Translations under genes and position numbers: made by a program
In this document: positions 28,742 to 39,166 of the stretch, piece by piece
Position numbering within the stretch: position 1 is the first letter of the stretch
Layout of the letters: each line of letters starts with the position of its first letter
The notes under the pieces: model-generated
What the model was told of the DNA's origin: nothing
Seen by the model: the letters and a program-made list of their open reading frames with translations, nothing else
Database searches by the model: none
From: Bacteroidia bacterium
GTDB taxonomy: Bacteria > Bacteroidota > Bacteroidia > M30B66
Reading direction: 5' to 3'
Assembly: GCA_965279035.1 (NCBI GenBank)
Contig: OZ257142.1
Location: forward strand, 384,001-448,000
Length of the DNA: 64,000 nt

Positions 28742-30895
28742 ATGCGTTATCGTTTTCTGATTTATCTTTCTTTTACAGCTTTAATTGCCTGTAATTCTTC
28801 TACCGAAATGACTCGTAAACAGTATGAATGGCCGGATGCGAAAGCGCCAATAGCCGAGAAAAAAGAACATCTTAGAATAATTCATGGCGACACAGTTCGG
28901 GATGATTATTATTGGATGATTGATTATTTCAAGAAAGGTCCCGATAGTACCAAGGTGGTGGATTATCTAAAGGCAGAGAATGCTTATTTGGAAACGATGA
29001 TGGCTGGAACCAAGAAGTTTCAGGAGAATTTGTTTACTGAAATGAAGGCTCGAATTAAGGAGAAAGACGAATCAGTACCGTATTTCAACAAAGGCTATTT
29101 TTATTATTATAAGACGGAGGAAGGAAAGGAATATTTCAAGTTTTGTCGCAGAAAAGGCACAATGGAAGGTCCTGAGGAGGTGCTTTTAGATGCAGATAAA
29201 ATGGGTGAAGGCAAATCGTATTTTGCTTTGGATGCGATGGAAATTAGTCCCGATAATTCGATGATAGCTTATGCTGTTGATGAGGTTTCGCGCCGACAGT
29301 ATACGATTCATGTGAAGAATTTGGTCACAGGAGAAACTTATTCTGATCAAATAGCCGGCACGTCGGGTAATTTATGCTGGGCGAATGATAACAAAACGAT
29401 TTTTTATACTTCGAACAATCCTGTTACATTGCTTTCTGAAAAGATAAAACGCCATACACTTGGTAGTGATGCTAAAACGGATGTGGTGGTTTACGAAGAA
29501 AAAGATAAATCGAACTACATCGGCCTTGGTAAATCAAAAGACGAAAAGCATATCATGATTTATTCGAGTGCAACGCTATCGTCGGAGATTCTTATGTTGG
29601 ATGCGAATAAGCCAACAGGGGCATTTCGTTCGTTTCAAGCACGCATGAAAGATGTGCTTTATAGTGTGACACCATTAGCAGATCGTTTTTTAATCACAAC
29701 GAACTGGAATGCGAAGAACTTCCGATTAATGGAATGTCCGTTGGATAAAACGGGTTCTGAAAACTGGAAAGAAGTGATTGGAAACCGCAATGATGTATTG
29801 CTTCAGGGAGTGGAAGAATTCAAAGATTTTATAGTGTTGAGCGAGCGGAAAGATGGATTGGTAAAACTGCGTGTGCGAAGCTTGAAAGATGGAAAAGAGC
29901 ATTATGTGGATTTTGGTGAAGCGGCATATTCGGCTAATTTTTCTACCAATGCTGATTACTCTAGTTCAGTGCTTCGATATTCGTATACATCGATGACGAC
30001 ACCCAATTCGACCTTTGATTACGATATGAACTCGCATGAACGGAAGCTCTTGAAACAGCAAGAAGTGGTGGGGGGATTTGATCCGAAAAACTATGTAACC
30101 GAACGTATTTACGCCAAAGCAAAAGATGGTACACGCGTTCCTATTTCCTTGGTTTACAAACAAGGCTTTAAGAAAGATGGAACAGCTCCATTGTTGCTTT
30201 ATGCTTATGGCTCTTATGGAGCTAGTATGGATGCTGGATTTAACTCGAACCGTTTGAGTTTGTTGAACCGTGGATTTGTTTACGCCATTGCTCACATTCG
30301 TGGTGGACAAGAAATGGGGCGTCAATGGTATGAAGACGGGAAATTGATGAAGAAGAAAAACACCTTTACCGATTTTATTGATTGTGGAGAATTTTTGATT
30401 CAAGAGAAATACACATCCAAGGGACATGTTTACGCACAAGGAGGAAGTGCTGGAGGATTGTTGATGGGTGCTATTGCGAATATGGCTCCTGATTTATGGA
30501 ATGGTGTTATTGCTCAAGTTCCGTTTGTGGATGTGGTGAATACGATGTTAGACGAAAGTATTCCACTTACTACAAATGAGTTTGACGAATGGGGAAATCC
30601 GAAAAACAAGGATGCTTACGATTACATGAAAAGCTATTCTCCGTATGAAAATGTAGAGAAGAAGAATTACCCGAATATGCTGGTTGCAACAGGACTTCAC
30701 GATAGCCAGGTGCAGTATTTTGAACCCGCAAAATGGGTGGCCAAACTACGCGCTATGAAAACCGATAAGAACGTGTTGTTTTTACATACCAACATGGATT
30801 TTGGGCACGGTGGAGCATCGGGACGATTTGATTACCTGAACGACGTTGCCTTGAATTATGCCTTTTTGTTTTCGTTAGAAGGGATTGTAGAATAA
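28742..30895 (+). CDS. ptrB: Oligopeptidase B (S9A), lipoprotein
   Basis: Lipobox LIAC; DDYYW, YGSYG, GGSAGG (Ser), DSQV (Asp), GHGG (His). Confidence 0.93.
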   Translation: MRYRFLIYLSFTALIACNSSTEMTRKQYEWPDAKAPIAEKKEHLRIIHGDTVRDDYYWMIDYFKKGPDSTKVVDYLKAENAYLETMMAGTKKFQENLFTEMKARIKEKDESVPYFNKGYFYYYKTEEGKEYFKFCRRKGTMEGPEEVLLDADKMGEGKSYFALDAMEISPDNSMIAYAVDEVSRRQYTIHVKNLVTGETYSDQIAGTSGNLCWANDNKTIFYTSNNPVTLLSEKIKRHTLGSDAKTDVVVYEEKDKSNYIGLGKSKDEKHIMIYSSATLSSEILMLDANKPTGAFRSFQARMKDVLYSVTPLADRFLITTNWNAKNFRLMECPLDKTGSENWKEVIGNRNDVLLQGVEEFKDFIVLSERKDGLVKLRVRSLKDGKEHYVDFGEAAYSANFSTNADYSSSVLRYSYTSMTTPNSTFDYDMNSHERKLLKQQEVVGGFDPKNYVTERIYAKAKDGTRVPISLVYKQGFKKDGTAPLLLYAYGSYGASMDAGFNSNRLSLLNRGFVYAIAHIRGGQEMGRQWYEDGKLMKKKNTFTDFIDCGEFLIQEKYTSKGHVYAQGGSAGGLLMGAIANMAPDLWNGVIAQVPFVDVVNTMLDESIPLTTNEFDEWGNPKNKDAYDYMKSYSPYENVEKKNYPNMLVATGLHDSQVQYFEPAKWVAKLRAMKTDKNVLFLHTNMDFGHGGASGRFDYLNDVALNYAFLFSLEGIVE

Positions 30896-30929
30896 TCCGA
30901 AGCGAAAGCGATAAACGAAATTCTGCAAA

Positions 30930-31013
30930 AGGGATAGAGGCGAGTTCCCACGAGCCGAAAGCCCGGCGCCATTGCATGCCCGGATGAAGTCTGGGTGTGC
31001 AATGGTGCTGCCC
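30930..31013 (+). ncRNA. Structured intergenic element, copy 2
   Basis: AGGGATAGA-GGC-GA-GT-tccc-AC-GA-GCC-GAAAGCCCGG followed by the long hairpin GCGCCATTGCATGCCCGGA/TCTGGGTGTGCAATGGTGC. Confidence 0.55.
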
Positions 31014-31080
31014 AAAAAACATCGGACTAAAGTTCTAGATTGCAACGGCACTGCCCAAAAACATCGGACTGAAGTCCGAG
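30981..31080. repeat. Degenerate 42-43 bp tandem repeat containing a REP-like palindrome
   Basis: CGGA-TGAAGTCTG (30981), CGGACTAAAGTTCT (31023) and CGGACTGAAGTCCG (31065), separated by TGCAAyGGyrCTGCCCAAAAA(A)CAT. Confidence 0.75.
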
Positions 31081-31175
31081 GGTGCTGGAGGAAGCACATA
31101 CTTTCAGATGAGTACTCCTAAAACCTGTACTATGATGCGTGATGTTAGTCATGCAGATAGCGGAAGCATTTTGTC

Positions 31176-31183
31176 TACCTTTG
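31176..31183 (+). promoter_or_regulatory. sigma-A -7 element for korAB
   Basis: TACCTTTG upstream of ATG 31221. Confidence 0.7.
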
Positions 31184-31220
31184 CCCAACATTTTACGGCT
31201 CTGACCGTTCTCTTTTTGCA

Positions 31221-33065
31221 ATGACAAACGACTCCCTCATCGCTACCGACGCAACGATACTGTTTGCTGGTGATTCAGGCGATGGAATTCAACTTACAGG
31301 TGATCAGTTTACCACGACCACCGCACTTTTTGGTAACGACGTAAGTACCTTTCCTAATTTTCCAGCTGAGATTCGTGCTCCACAAGGCACATTGGCGGGT
31401 GTTTCGGGATTTCAGATAAAATTTGGTTCGGAGGAAATTTACACTCCAGGCGACAATTGCGACCTTTTGGTGGTGATGAATGCTGCGGCCTTGAAAGCCA
31501 ACCTAAAACAACTGAAAGCTGGCGGAATGATTATCGCCAATACCGAAGGCTTTGATGCTAAAAACCTACGTTTAGCGAAGTTTCCCGAAGGCGTTAATCC
31601 GCTGGAAGATGGCTCGCTAGACAGCTATAAACTCTACACGTTTGATGTAACCAAAATGACCAAAGCCACTTTAGAGGGCAGCGGTTTGGGAACTAAAGAA
31701 ATTGATAGAACCAAGAACATGTTTGTGCTTGGGTTTATCTACTGGATTTACAATCGTCCGCTAGAGCATACGATTAAATTCTTGGAGCAGAAGTTTGCGA
31801 AACGCCCCGAGATTGTGGAGGCGAACATCAAAACCCTCAAGGCTGGTTATCATTACGGCGACACAAGCGAAACCTTTATGCAACGCGTGCAGGTAAATCC
31901 TGCTAGTATTAAGCCGGGTATTTATCGCAACATTAATGGAAATCCAGCAACTGCTATTGGATTAATTGCAGCTTCTCAGAAATCTGGATTGCCTTTGTAT
32001 TTGGGTACTTATCCAATTACTCCAGCCTCGGATATTTTGCACGAATTATCGAAGCATAAAAACTTTGGCGTGCGCACCTTCCAGGCAGAAGATGAAATTG
32101 CTGCTATTACTTCGGCTATTGGAGCTGCGTTTGGCGGATCATTAGCTGTTACTACCTCTTCGGGACCAGGCATTGCCTTGAAAACCGAAGCGATGGGATT
32201 GGCCATTATGCTTGAATTGCCTTTGGTTGTTATCAATGTGCAACGTGGCGGACCATCTACCGGATTGCCTACGAAAACAGAGCAAGCCGATTTATTACAA
32301 GCCGTTTATGGTAGAAATGGCGAAGCGCCGATGCCAGTCATTGCTGCTCAAACACCTTCGGATTGTTTTTATGCGGTGTATGAAGCCTGTCGTATTGCGG
32401 TGGAGCATAGCACGCCTGTGTTTTTCTTAAGTGATGGATATCTAGCCAATGGTGCTGAGCCTTGGAAGTTTCCATCTTCGGCTGATTTACCAAGCATTAC
32501 GGCACATTTTGCCACAGAAGAAGATCGCATTGAAGGAAAATTTTTGCCTTATAAACGCGATGAAAAACTTGCTCGTAAATGGGCGGTTCCGGGCGTGAAA
32601 GGTTTAGAGCATCGCATTGGTGGTTTGGAGAAAGAGAACGAAACCGGAAACATCAGTTACGATCCCGATAACCACGAGTTTATGGTGAAGCTGCGTGCCG
32701 AAAAGGTGAATCGCATAGCCGATACCATTCCTTTGCAAACACTCGACAATGGTCCTGAAAAAGGAAAACTCCTGATTGTTGGCTGGGGCTCGACGTATGG
32801 CTCAATCAAAACGGCGGTTAAACGTGCGTTGGAAGAAGGCTATTCGGTTGCTCATGCGCATGTACGTTACATTCATCCGTTTCCTAAAAACTTAGGTGAG
32901 TTGATGAAGAATTATGACCATGTGTTGGTGCCTGAAATGAACAACGGACAATTGGTTCGTTTACTGCGCGACAAATACCTCGTTCCTGCCGAAGGGCTGA
33001 ATAAAATCAAGGGTATTCCATTTACATCGGAAGAACTCTATATCAAAATCACAACTCTTGCCTGA
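31221..33065 (+). CDS. korA: 2-oxoacid:ferredoxin oxidoreductase alpha subunit
   Basis: [50 protein letters not shown]. Confidence 0.93.
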   Translation: MTNDSLIATDATILFAGDSGDGIQLTGDQFTTTTALFGNDVSTFPNFPAEIRAPQGTLAGVSGFQIKFGSEEIYTPGDNCDLLVVMNAAALKANLKQLKAGGMIIANTEGFDAKNLRLAKFPEGVNPLEDGSLDSYKLYTFDVTKMTKATLEGSGLGTKEIDRTKNMFVLGFIYWIYNRPLEHTIKFLEQKFAKRPEIVEANIKTLKAGYHYGDTSETFMQRVQVNPASIKPGIYRNINGNPATAIGLIAASQKSGLPLYLGTYPITPASDILHELSKHKNFGVRTFQAEDEIAAITSAIGAAFGGSLAVTTSSGPGIALKTEAMGLAIMLELPLVVINVQRGGPSTGLPTKTEQADLLQAVYGRNGEAPMPVIAAQTPSDCFYAVYEACRIAVEHSTPVFFLSDGYLANGAEPWKFPSSADLPSITAHFATEEDRIEGKFLPYKRDEKLARKWAVPGVKGLEHRIGGLEKENETGNISYDPDNHEFMVKLRAEKVNRIADTIPLQTLDNGPEKGKLLIVGWGSTYGSIKTAVKRALEEGYSVAHAHVRYIHPFPKNLGELMKNYDHVLVPEMNNGQLVRLLRDKYLVPAEGLNKIKGIPFTSEELYIKITTLA

Positions 33066-33066
33066 T

Positions 33067-34107
33067 ATGAGCACGCTCATTAACGATAGCATTCCCGCGG
33101 CATTTACCGCAAAAGATTTAGTGACCGATCAGGACGTACGTTGGTGTCCGGGTTGTGGCGATTATTCTATTTTGAAGCAGGTACAAACCGTACTTCCAGA
33201 ATTAGGATTGAAGCGCGAAGAAATTGTTTTCATCTCCGGAATTGGTTGTTCCTCGCGTTTTCCGTATTACATGGAAACGTATGGTATGCACTCCATTCAC
33301 GGACGTGCTACTGCCATTGCTTCGGGTTTGAAAGCAACACGCCCCGATTTAAGTGTGTGGATTATTACTGGTGATGGCGATTCGCTTTCGATTGGAGGAA
33401 ATCACTTCATTCACTTGCTACGCCGCAATTTTGATGTGAATATATTGTTGTTTAACAACGAGATTTACGGCTTAACGAAAGGTCAATATTCTCCGACGTC
33501 GGAATTAGGAAAAGTGACCAAATCCACCCCAATGGGTTCGGTGGATCATCCATTCAATCCATTAGCATTGGTGATGGGCGCAGATGGAACTTTTGTAGCT
33601 CGTTCAATGGATCGCGATCCGATTCACATGCGAACAATTCTCAAGCGTGCACATGCTCACACCGGAACTTCCTTGGTGGAGATTTACCAAAACTGTAATG
33701 TGTTTAACGATGGCGCGTTTGAAGTCTATACCGAGAAATCGAGCAAGGCAGATGAAACCTTAATGGTTGAACACGGACAACCACTCATTTTTGGAGCACA
33801 AAAAGACAAGGGTATTTTACTCGATGGCTTTACACCGCGTGTAGTTTCCTTGAATGAAGTTTCGGCAAACGACCTTTGGATTCACGATGAGCACAACCGT
33901 GCAAAAGCCAATTTGCTCGTGCGTTTCTTTGATGACGCAACGGTAGAAGGCCATTTCCCTCGTCCATTTGGTGTGTTTTATTCGGAAGCGCGTTTTACAT
34001 ACGAGCAAGCGTTTAACCAGCAAATAGAAGACATCATTGCAAGCAAAGGCGCTGGCGATTTAGATAAATTGCTTCGTGGCCCAAGTGTTTGGGAGGTGAA
34101 GGGATAG
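33067..34107 (+). CDS. korB: 2-oxoacid:ferredoxin oxidoreductase beta subunit
   Basis: WCPGCGD, SGIGCSS, GDGD (TPP), [14 protein letters not shown] 33067 lies just after the korA stop. Confidence 0.93.
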   Translation: MSTLINDSIPAAFTAKDLVTDQDVRWCPGCGDYSILKQVQTVLPELGLKREEIVFISGIGCSSRFPYYMETYGMHSIHGRATAIASGLKATRPDLSVWIITGDGDSLSIGGNHFIHLLRRNFDVNILLFNNEIYGLTKGQYSPTSELGKVTKSTPMGSVDHPFNPLALVMGADGTFVARSMDRDPIHMRTILKRAHAHTGTSLVEIYQNCNVFNDGAFEVYTEKSSKADETLMVEHGQPLIFGAQKDKGILLDGFTPRVVSLNEVSANDLWIHDEHNRAKANLLVRFFDDATVEGHFPRPFGVFYSEARFTYEQAFNQQIEDIIASKGAGDLDKLLRGPSVWEVKG

Positions 34108-34131
34108 AAATATAAGTTTTATAAAACCGGA

Positions 34132-34172
34132 AAGGGGATTTTGCACGCTAGATAAGCGGGTAAAGTCCCCTT
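34132..34172 (+). terminator. Hairpin downstream of korB
   Basis: AAGGGGATTTTGC...GTAAAGTCCCCTT inverted repeat. Confidence 0.6.
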
Positions 34173-34255
34173 GATGCTTTAAGAGAATGAATTATATTTA
34201 CAATTGAATAGTGATTATACGTTAATTTGATAAAATAGGTAAAGATTGTTAAGCA

Positions 34256-34792
34256 ATGATAGGTTTCCGACTCTTCTTATTCATCATGACAGCAGCAGTT
34301 TTTGTATCGCAAGGATGTAAATCGGAGGATGAAAAGACGCTTGTCGCTGAGGTACCTTTCTGGAAAAAAGTTCAGGGAAATTATACTGTGACGGATCTCG
34401 GGACTATGGTTCAATATCAAATGTCCATTGAAATTATAACTGATACGACGTTCTTACCTTCTTCTCAAATGGAAATCAACGATACTATTATTTTGAGAAA
34501 CTTCAATAATCAGTTTCCTATTTTAAAGTCGAGTTATAGGACTTGCAAGTCTGCTACTAATGAAAACGGTTTATGTATAGCAAGTGACTATGGAATTCGT
34601 GACTATGCTAATAATCGATGGGTAGTTGTGACTTACGACGATCCAGCTACCACGGTTGAAGAAATGATATGGAAAAATGGCGAAATCACTTTAAATTTCC
34701 ATATGTTTAATACACTTTGGTGGCTACCAGATGGAACAACGTATCACGATACTTTGATTAAACAAAGGGCAGTAAGAATAGGAAATTTGTAA
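34256..34792 (+). CDS. Hypothetical lipoprotein
   Basis: Hydrophobic leader with SQGC lipobox; no recognisable family. Confidence 0.6.
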   Translation: MIGFRLFLFIMTAAVFVSQGCKSEDEKTLVAEVPFWKKVQGNYTVTDLGTMVQYQMSIEIITDTTFLPSSQMEINDTIILRNFNNQFPILKSSYRTCKSATNENGLCIASDYGIRDYANNRWVVVTYDDPATTVEEMIWKNGEITLNFHMFNTLWWLPDGTTYHDTLIKQRAVRIGNL

Positions 34793-34924
34793 AAGTAACT
34801 TGACGAAAGAGATTTCTAGAATCTTTTAAAAATCAGATGTCTTGTATTGAGAAAATCAATTGTATTAAAACAAGAAACACTAAGTATTTTCAAACCAGCG
34901 AAATTCTAGTTTATACTTCTGATT

Positions 34925-35596
34925 ATGAAAACAACATTGAAATTATTCTTGTATCTAATCGCCTTTTTGATGGGTTCGGAACAGGCATTTGGCTCTGATT
35001 CGTTATCGCATAACAGGAAGAATACACTTTACTTGATGCCATCCAGTATTGATGGAGATATGTGGTTCGATTTAAATCAATCCTGGCTTGAACTCGGTTA
35101 TACTAAACAAGTCACGAATACACAGTTTTTAGGTGTTCGAGTTGGAAACATTATTCATTCAAAAAGCACTAGCGCGGGGCTTTTAAATGAAATCAGTTCG
35201 GGAAAATCTACCGGAATTAATTTCAATCTGGAGCATAAAATTCTTTTAAGAAAGAAGCTTTATTATTCTAGCAATTTCTTTTTTCAAGAAACGAGTACAA
35301 ATAGGACGGAGATGATAGATAAGGGTGAGATAAATTATCAATCAAATACGTATTTAGTTAAGCGAAATGTATATGCTCTCATACCCAAAATTGGATTTGT
35401 CTTTTTGAATAAGAAGCATTTTTATATAGATATCGGAGCTGGGATTGGTGCGCAGTTAATTTCTAGCAAAGCCGCAAATAAATTCACTGTGAACAGCAAT
35501 CTTGAACGAGAAAATTTATCCGGAAAAGTGTTTGATTCAGGGCAAAAAATAGCCGGTCGATTTACTTTGCAAATTCAACTAGGTTATTCGTTTTAA
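34925..35596 (+). CDS. Hypothetical outer-membrane beta-barrel protein
   Basis: Signal peptide, YIDIGAGIG, C-terminal beta-signal QLGYSF. Confidence 0.65.
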   Translation: MKTTLKLFLYLIAFLMGSEQAFGSDSLSHNRKNTLYLMPSSIDGDMWFDLNQSWLELGYTKQVTNTQFLGVRVGNIIHSKSTSAGLLNEISSGKSTGINFNLEHKILLRKKLYYSSNFFFQETSTNRTEMIDKGEINYQSNTYLVKRNVYALIPKIGFVFLNKKHFYIDIGAGIGAQLISSKAANKFTVNSNLERENLSGKVFDSGQKIAGRFTLQIQLGYSF

Positions 35597-35707
35597 TGAC
35601 TTAATAAATAGCTAATACAATTGCTTAAGTCAAACAATTCAATGAGTCTATAAAGGAATATTGTAAGTTAAATCACTAATTCGAATTCTTATAAATAATC
35701 TTCTTTT

Positions 35708-35950
35708 ATGAAATCAAAACTCACCATTTCAATAGAAAAAGAAATTCTAGAACGAGCTCAAACATTCTCCTTTAAAACGGAAAAAAGCCTTTCTGAGATG
35801 ATTGAAATTTATTTAGACACATTAACCAAAACAGACTATCATTTTGAACTTTCGTCTAAACTAAAATCTATTGATGGAGCTGTCCAGCTTCCGAGCGATT
35901 TTGAAATTCGAATAGGAATGCAATCATTAAAAAAGTTAAGAAATGGTTGA
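35708..35950 (+). CDS. DUF6364-like ribbon-helix-helix antitoxin, orphan and possibly degenerate
   Basis: MKSKLTISIEKEILERA...SLSEMIEIYL...LKSIDG pattern; no toxin gene follows. Confidence 0.6.
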   Translation: MKSKLTISIEKEILERAQTFSFKTEKSLSEMIEIYLDTLTKTDYHFELSSKLKSIDGAVQLPSDFEIRIGMQSLKKLRNG

Positions 35951-35958
35951 AAATACAC

Positions 35959-36615
35959 TCAAATCACCATCTCCGGCACTTCGCCATCAACCACCAATTT
36001 GCCGGCGGTTGCTTTAATAATTTCTTCTACCGAAACACCGGGAGCGCGTTCGAGCAAGCGGAAACCTCCTTCGGGAAGTACATCGAGTACAGCTAGTTCG
36101 GTGACAATTTTCTTCACGCAACGAATGCCTGTGAGCGGTAATTCACATGCAGGAAGTAGCTTCGATTCGCCCGCTTTGTTTACGTGCTGCATGGCTACAA
36201 TGATGTTCTTGGCTGAAGCAACTAAATCCATAGCGCCGCCCATTCCTTTCACCATTTTACCAGGAATCTTCCAATTCGCGATATCACCATTTTCGGAAAC
36301 TTCCATGGCGCCTAAAATGGTTAAGTCCACTTTGCCAGCGCGAATCATCCCAAACGACAATGCTGAATCGAAAAAGGAGGAACCATCAACTGTTGTAATG
36401 GTTTGCTTTCCAGCATTAATCAAATCGGGATCTTCTTCACCATCAAACGGAAATGGTCCAATGCCCAACAAGCCGTTTTCGCTTTGCAGCACTACGTTCA
36501 TGCCTTGTGGAATGTAGTTGGCCACTAAAGTTGGAATTCCAATTCCAAGGTTTACATAGTATCCGTCTTTGATTTCGCGTGCAATGCGTTTGGCAATTCC
36601 GTTTTTATCGAGCAT
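35959..36615 (-). CDS. scoB: 3-oxoacid CoA-transferase subunit B
   Basis: VNLGIGIPT, LQSENG (active-site Glu), GMGGAMDL. Confidence 0.95.
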   Translation of the reverse strand: MLDKNGIAKRIAREIKDGYYVNLGIGIPTLVANYIPQGMNVVLQSENGLLGIGPFPFDGEEDPDLINAGKQTITTVDGSSFFDSALSFGMIRAGKVDLTILGAMEVSENGDIANWKIPGKMVKGMGGAMDLVASAKNIIVAMQHVNKAGESKLLPACELPLTGIRCVKKIVTELAVLDVLPEGGFRLLERAPGVSVEEIIKATAGKLVVDGEVPEMVI

Positions 36616-36620
36616 GTTGT

Positions 36621-38462
36621 TTAATCCTTGCGTTCGTAAGCGACTACGTGCAGCGCATCCACTTTAACGGGTTGCGGTATCTGTTCACGTAGCCAAAAAT
36701 AGACATTTAGCTGGTCGTCTGTATTGCGTATTACAGGCGATAAATAATCGGTTTCGATGGTGTTCCATTGTCCGGGCAGCAATCCGGTTTTCTTGTCTAA
36801 ATCCACACCCACCCAGCGATAGGCTTTTTTGTTATGGTTAAACATCATCACTAAACTCAATGGAATACGTGTGTTGGTATCGGCAATAAAAACGCGTCCG
36901 CTGATGTGCAACCACACATGGTCTTTCTTGCTTAAACCGCTGTATGGCATTGTAATTCCCGGACTAAATTGATGGCTGCTGTCCATCGTGTAGGAGAATT
37001 TTCCTTCGTCGGCTAGGGAATCTTCCGCCAAGCCTTCCTCATGCTCAAACGACTCCAACAATTCCACTGTTTTATGATAATCACCTTTATTGTTGAATGG
37101 TTGATTTTGATCGTTATCCATCACGAGCAAGCTTTCGAAATCCGCTATCGGATGTGTTTTCCCTAATCCAGCCGACCAAGCGGCAAAGGTCATTCGGGAA
37201 GGATGGATGATGCCTTTATCGAACTGCCAAGCTTGAAACAAATTGAGCAACACACAGCCTGCAATTCCAGCTATGACCATGCTCTTTTTCCAAGAGGAAT
37301 TCTGAAATGCTTGAGAAAGTAGAGCAGCTAATGGAAGTGCCATGAGCGGATAGCTGTCCATCAATGCCCGTTGACTAAAACTTCCTGCATACCACCAACA
37401 AGTCCAGCTAGAAACGATGTAGAGATTGAGCAGAAAGAATAGAATAGCAGCAGGGAAGATTTTAGGAGTTTGTTTACGTAATGCCCAAAATCCGAATACA
37501 GCAAACAGCATCAAGGGCGTGTAAATGAACCAGCCTTTTCGGAAGCTAAACAGCACTTGTAACGTGTAAGGCGTGAGGAAATCGAGTCCTTCGCCGGGAT
37601 TATCGTAAGAATAATAGAGCCAATCGCCACTAATGCGTTTCCAGTAAAGCAGTTGCGGAAAGCCAGCAATGAATGTTGCTATTACCAGCAAGATTAAATG
37701 CACTCGATATTGGCTCCAAACGTTCGTTATTTTGGACTTAAGAGCAGAAAATCCATCTACATTCCACAGAAGGGGCAACAATCCAAATACCAGGTTGCTT
37801 GGACGAATAAGTGCTGCAAAACCGATGATAGCTCCGATAGCGACTGCAGTTTTTTTAGTAGGCAATTCATGCCAGCGGATGGTTTGCCAGAGCAATAGAG
37901 CTAGTAAGGTAAAGCCTGGACCATGCGTCATTCCAGGTGATTCGCCAATGAGTACGTAGTTCGTTCCAAATGCAATAAGGAGAATCGTGATGGCTGCAAT
38001 GTTGTCGGAGTGGAAGTTCAACAAGACTTTCCGCAGAAAAGGAAATCCTAAGAATACAACCAACAAATGGGTGAGAACCAATGCCATCTGATAAGGTTTT
38101 GAGAAACCATCGGCAGGATAACCTAGCGAAGGTGCTAATAGATGAGCAATGAAAAAACCGGGCGCATAAATAAAAGCCATTCCCGAGGAATACTTGATGA
38201 GCTGTTTCCCATCGGGACCTGGAACTAATTGGTAAAAGGTGCTGGTATTTTTATAGGTGGAGTTGATTTTCTCCATCCATTCCATATGCTCAAATCCTGG
38301 ATCGTTATATAGAAAATTAGCAGGGAGATAGAGGTAATAACCAAACACATCCCAGCTAATCGCATTGTTTTGCGGCTTGAGTATGGGATTTAATGCCAGC
38401 CACAATCCCACAATTAAGCAAGCAATTGTCGAGAGCGGATTTCGGTTAAACAGCTTTTTCAT
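36621..38462 (-). CDS. Multi-TM GT-C-like glycosyltransferase with C-terminal periplasmic domain
   Basis: SWDVFGYY after TM1, KYSSG, IRP, LFSFRKGWFIYTP, WWYAGSFSQR; many TM helices. Confidence 0.7.
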   Translation of the reverse strand: MKKLFNRNPLSTIACLIVGLWLALNPILKPQNNAISWDVFGYYLYLPANFLYNDPGFEHMEWMEKINSTYKNTSTFYQLVPGPDGKQLIKYSSGMAFIYAPGFFIAHLLAPSLGYPADGFSKPYQMALVLTHLLVVFLGFPFLRKVLLNFHSDNIAAITILLIAFGTNYVLIGESPGMTHGPGFTLLALLLWQTIRWHELPTKKTAVAIGAIIGFAALIRPSNLVFGLLPLLWNVDGFSALKSKITNVWSQYRVHLILLVIATFIAGFPQLLYWKRISGDWLYYSYDNPGEGLDFLTPYTLQVLFSFRKGWFIYTPLMLFAVFGFWALRKQTPKIFPAAILFFLLNLYIVSSWTCWWYAGSFSQRALMDSYPLMALPLAALLSQAFQNSSWKKSMVIAGIAGCVLLNLFQAWQFDKGIIHPSRMTFAAWSAGLGKTHPIADFESLLVMDNDQNQPFNNKGDYHKTVELLESFEHEEGLAEDSLADEGKFSYTMDSSHQFSPGITMPYSGLSKKDHVWLHISGRVFIADTNTRIPLSLVMMFNHNKKAYRWVGVDLDKKTGLLPGQWNTIETDYLSPVIRNTDDQLNVYFWLREQIPQPVKVDALHVVAYERKD

Positions 38463-39163
38463 TAAGCGGTACGCGGACGAACGGTGCGTTGTTCAATACG
38501 TTTTTCGTAGCCTTCTCCTTGGAAAATGCGGTGAACATAAATGCCCGGAAGGTGAATGTGGTCCGGATCTAATGCTCCGGCAGGAACCAATTCTTCTACT
38601 TCCGCAATGGTGATTTTACCTGCCATCGCCACTAATGGATTGAAGTTGCGAGAAGTTTTACGGAAAATCAGGTTTCCATGCGTATCGCCTTTCCACGCTT
38701 TCACAATCGAATAATCAATATCGAATGCGTATTCCATCAAGTATTCTTTGTTGCCAAACACACGCGATTCTTTGCCAATAGCGACTTCTGTCCCAACTCC
38801 AGCAGGTGTGAAAATAGCAGGCATTCCGTATCCGGCAGCCATCAATCGAGTGGCTAAAGTGCCTTGAGGAACCAAATCAACTTCTAGCTCGCCGCTCAAT
38901 AATTGACGCTCAAACTCCGCATTCTCGCCCACATACGAAGAAATCATTTTCTTCACTTGACGCGATTGAAGCATTAATCCAATTCCAAAATCGTCGACTC
39001 CGGCATTGTTCGATATGCATGTTAGGCCTTTAACACCTTTGCGTATAAGTGCAGCAATAGAATTTTCGGGAATACCGCACAATCCAAATCCACCAAGACC
39101 AAGAATCATGTTGTCGGAAATGCCTTCAATGGCAGCATCTGCATTCGCTACTTGTTTATTCAT
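38462..39163 (-). CDS. scoA: 3-oxoacid CoA-transferase subunit A
   Basis: GGFGLCGIPE, SNNAG, SSYVGEN, PQGTLA, RNFNP. Confidence 0.95.
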   Translation of the reverse strand: MNKQVANADAAIEGISDNMILGLGGFGLCGIPENSIAALIRKGVKGLTCISNNAGVDDFGIGLMLQSRQVKKMISSYVGENAEFERQLLSGELEVDLVPQGTLATRLMAAGYGMPAIFTPAGVGTEVAIGKESRVFGNKEYLMEYAFDIDYSIVKAWKGDTHGNLIFRKTSRNFNPLVAMAGKITIAEVEELVPAGALDPDHIHLPGIYVHRIFQGEGYEKRIEQRTVRPRTA

Positions 39164-39166
39164 TGC

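Noticed and set aside
30981-31080. Mini-CRISPR reading of the 42-bp periodicity
   Set aside because: The intervening sequences are copies of each other, there are fewer than three units, and no cas genes are present.
34100-34108. AGGGATAGA as a third copy of the structured element
   Set aside because: It is the end of korB including the stop codon; the stems and GAAAGCCCGG are absent.
35999-36517. 172-aa antisense ORF over scoB (and similar ones over gcdH, ptrB and PBP1A)
   Set aside because: Shadow ORFs of well-supported genes on the opposite strand.
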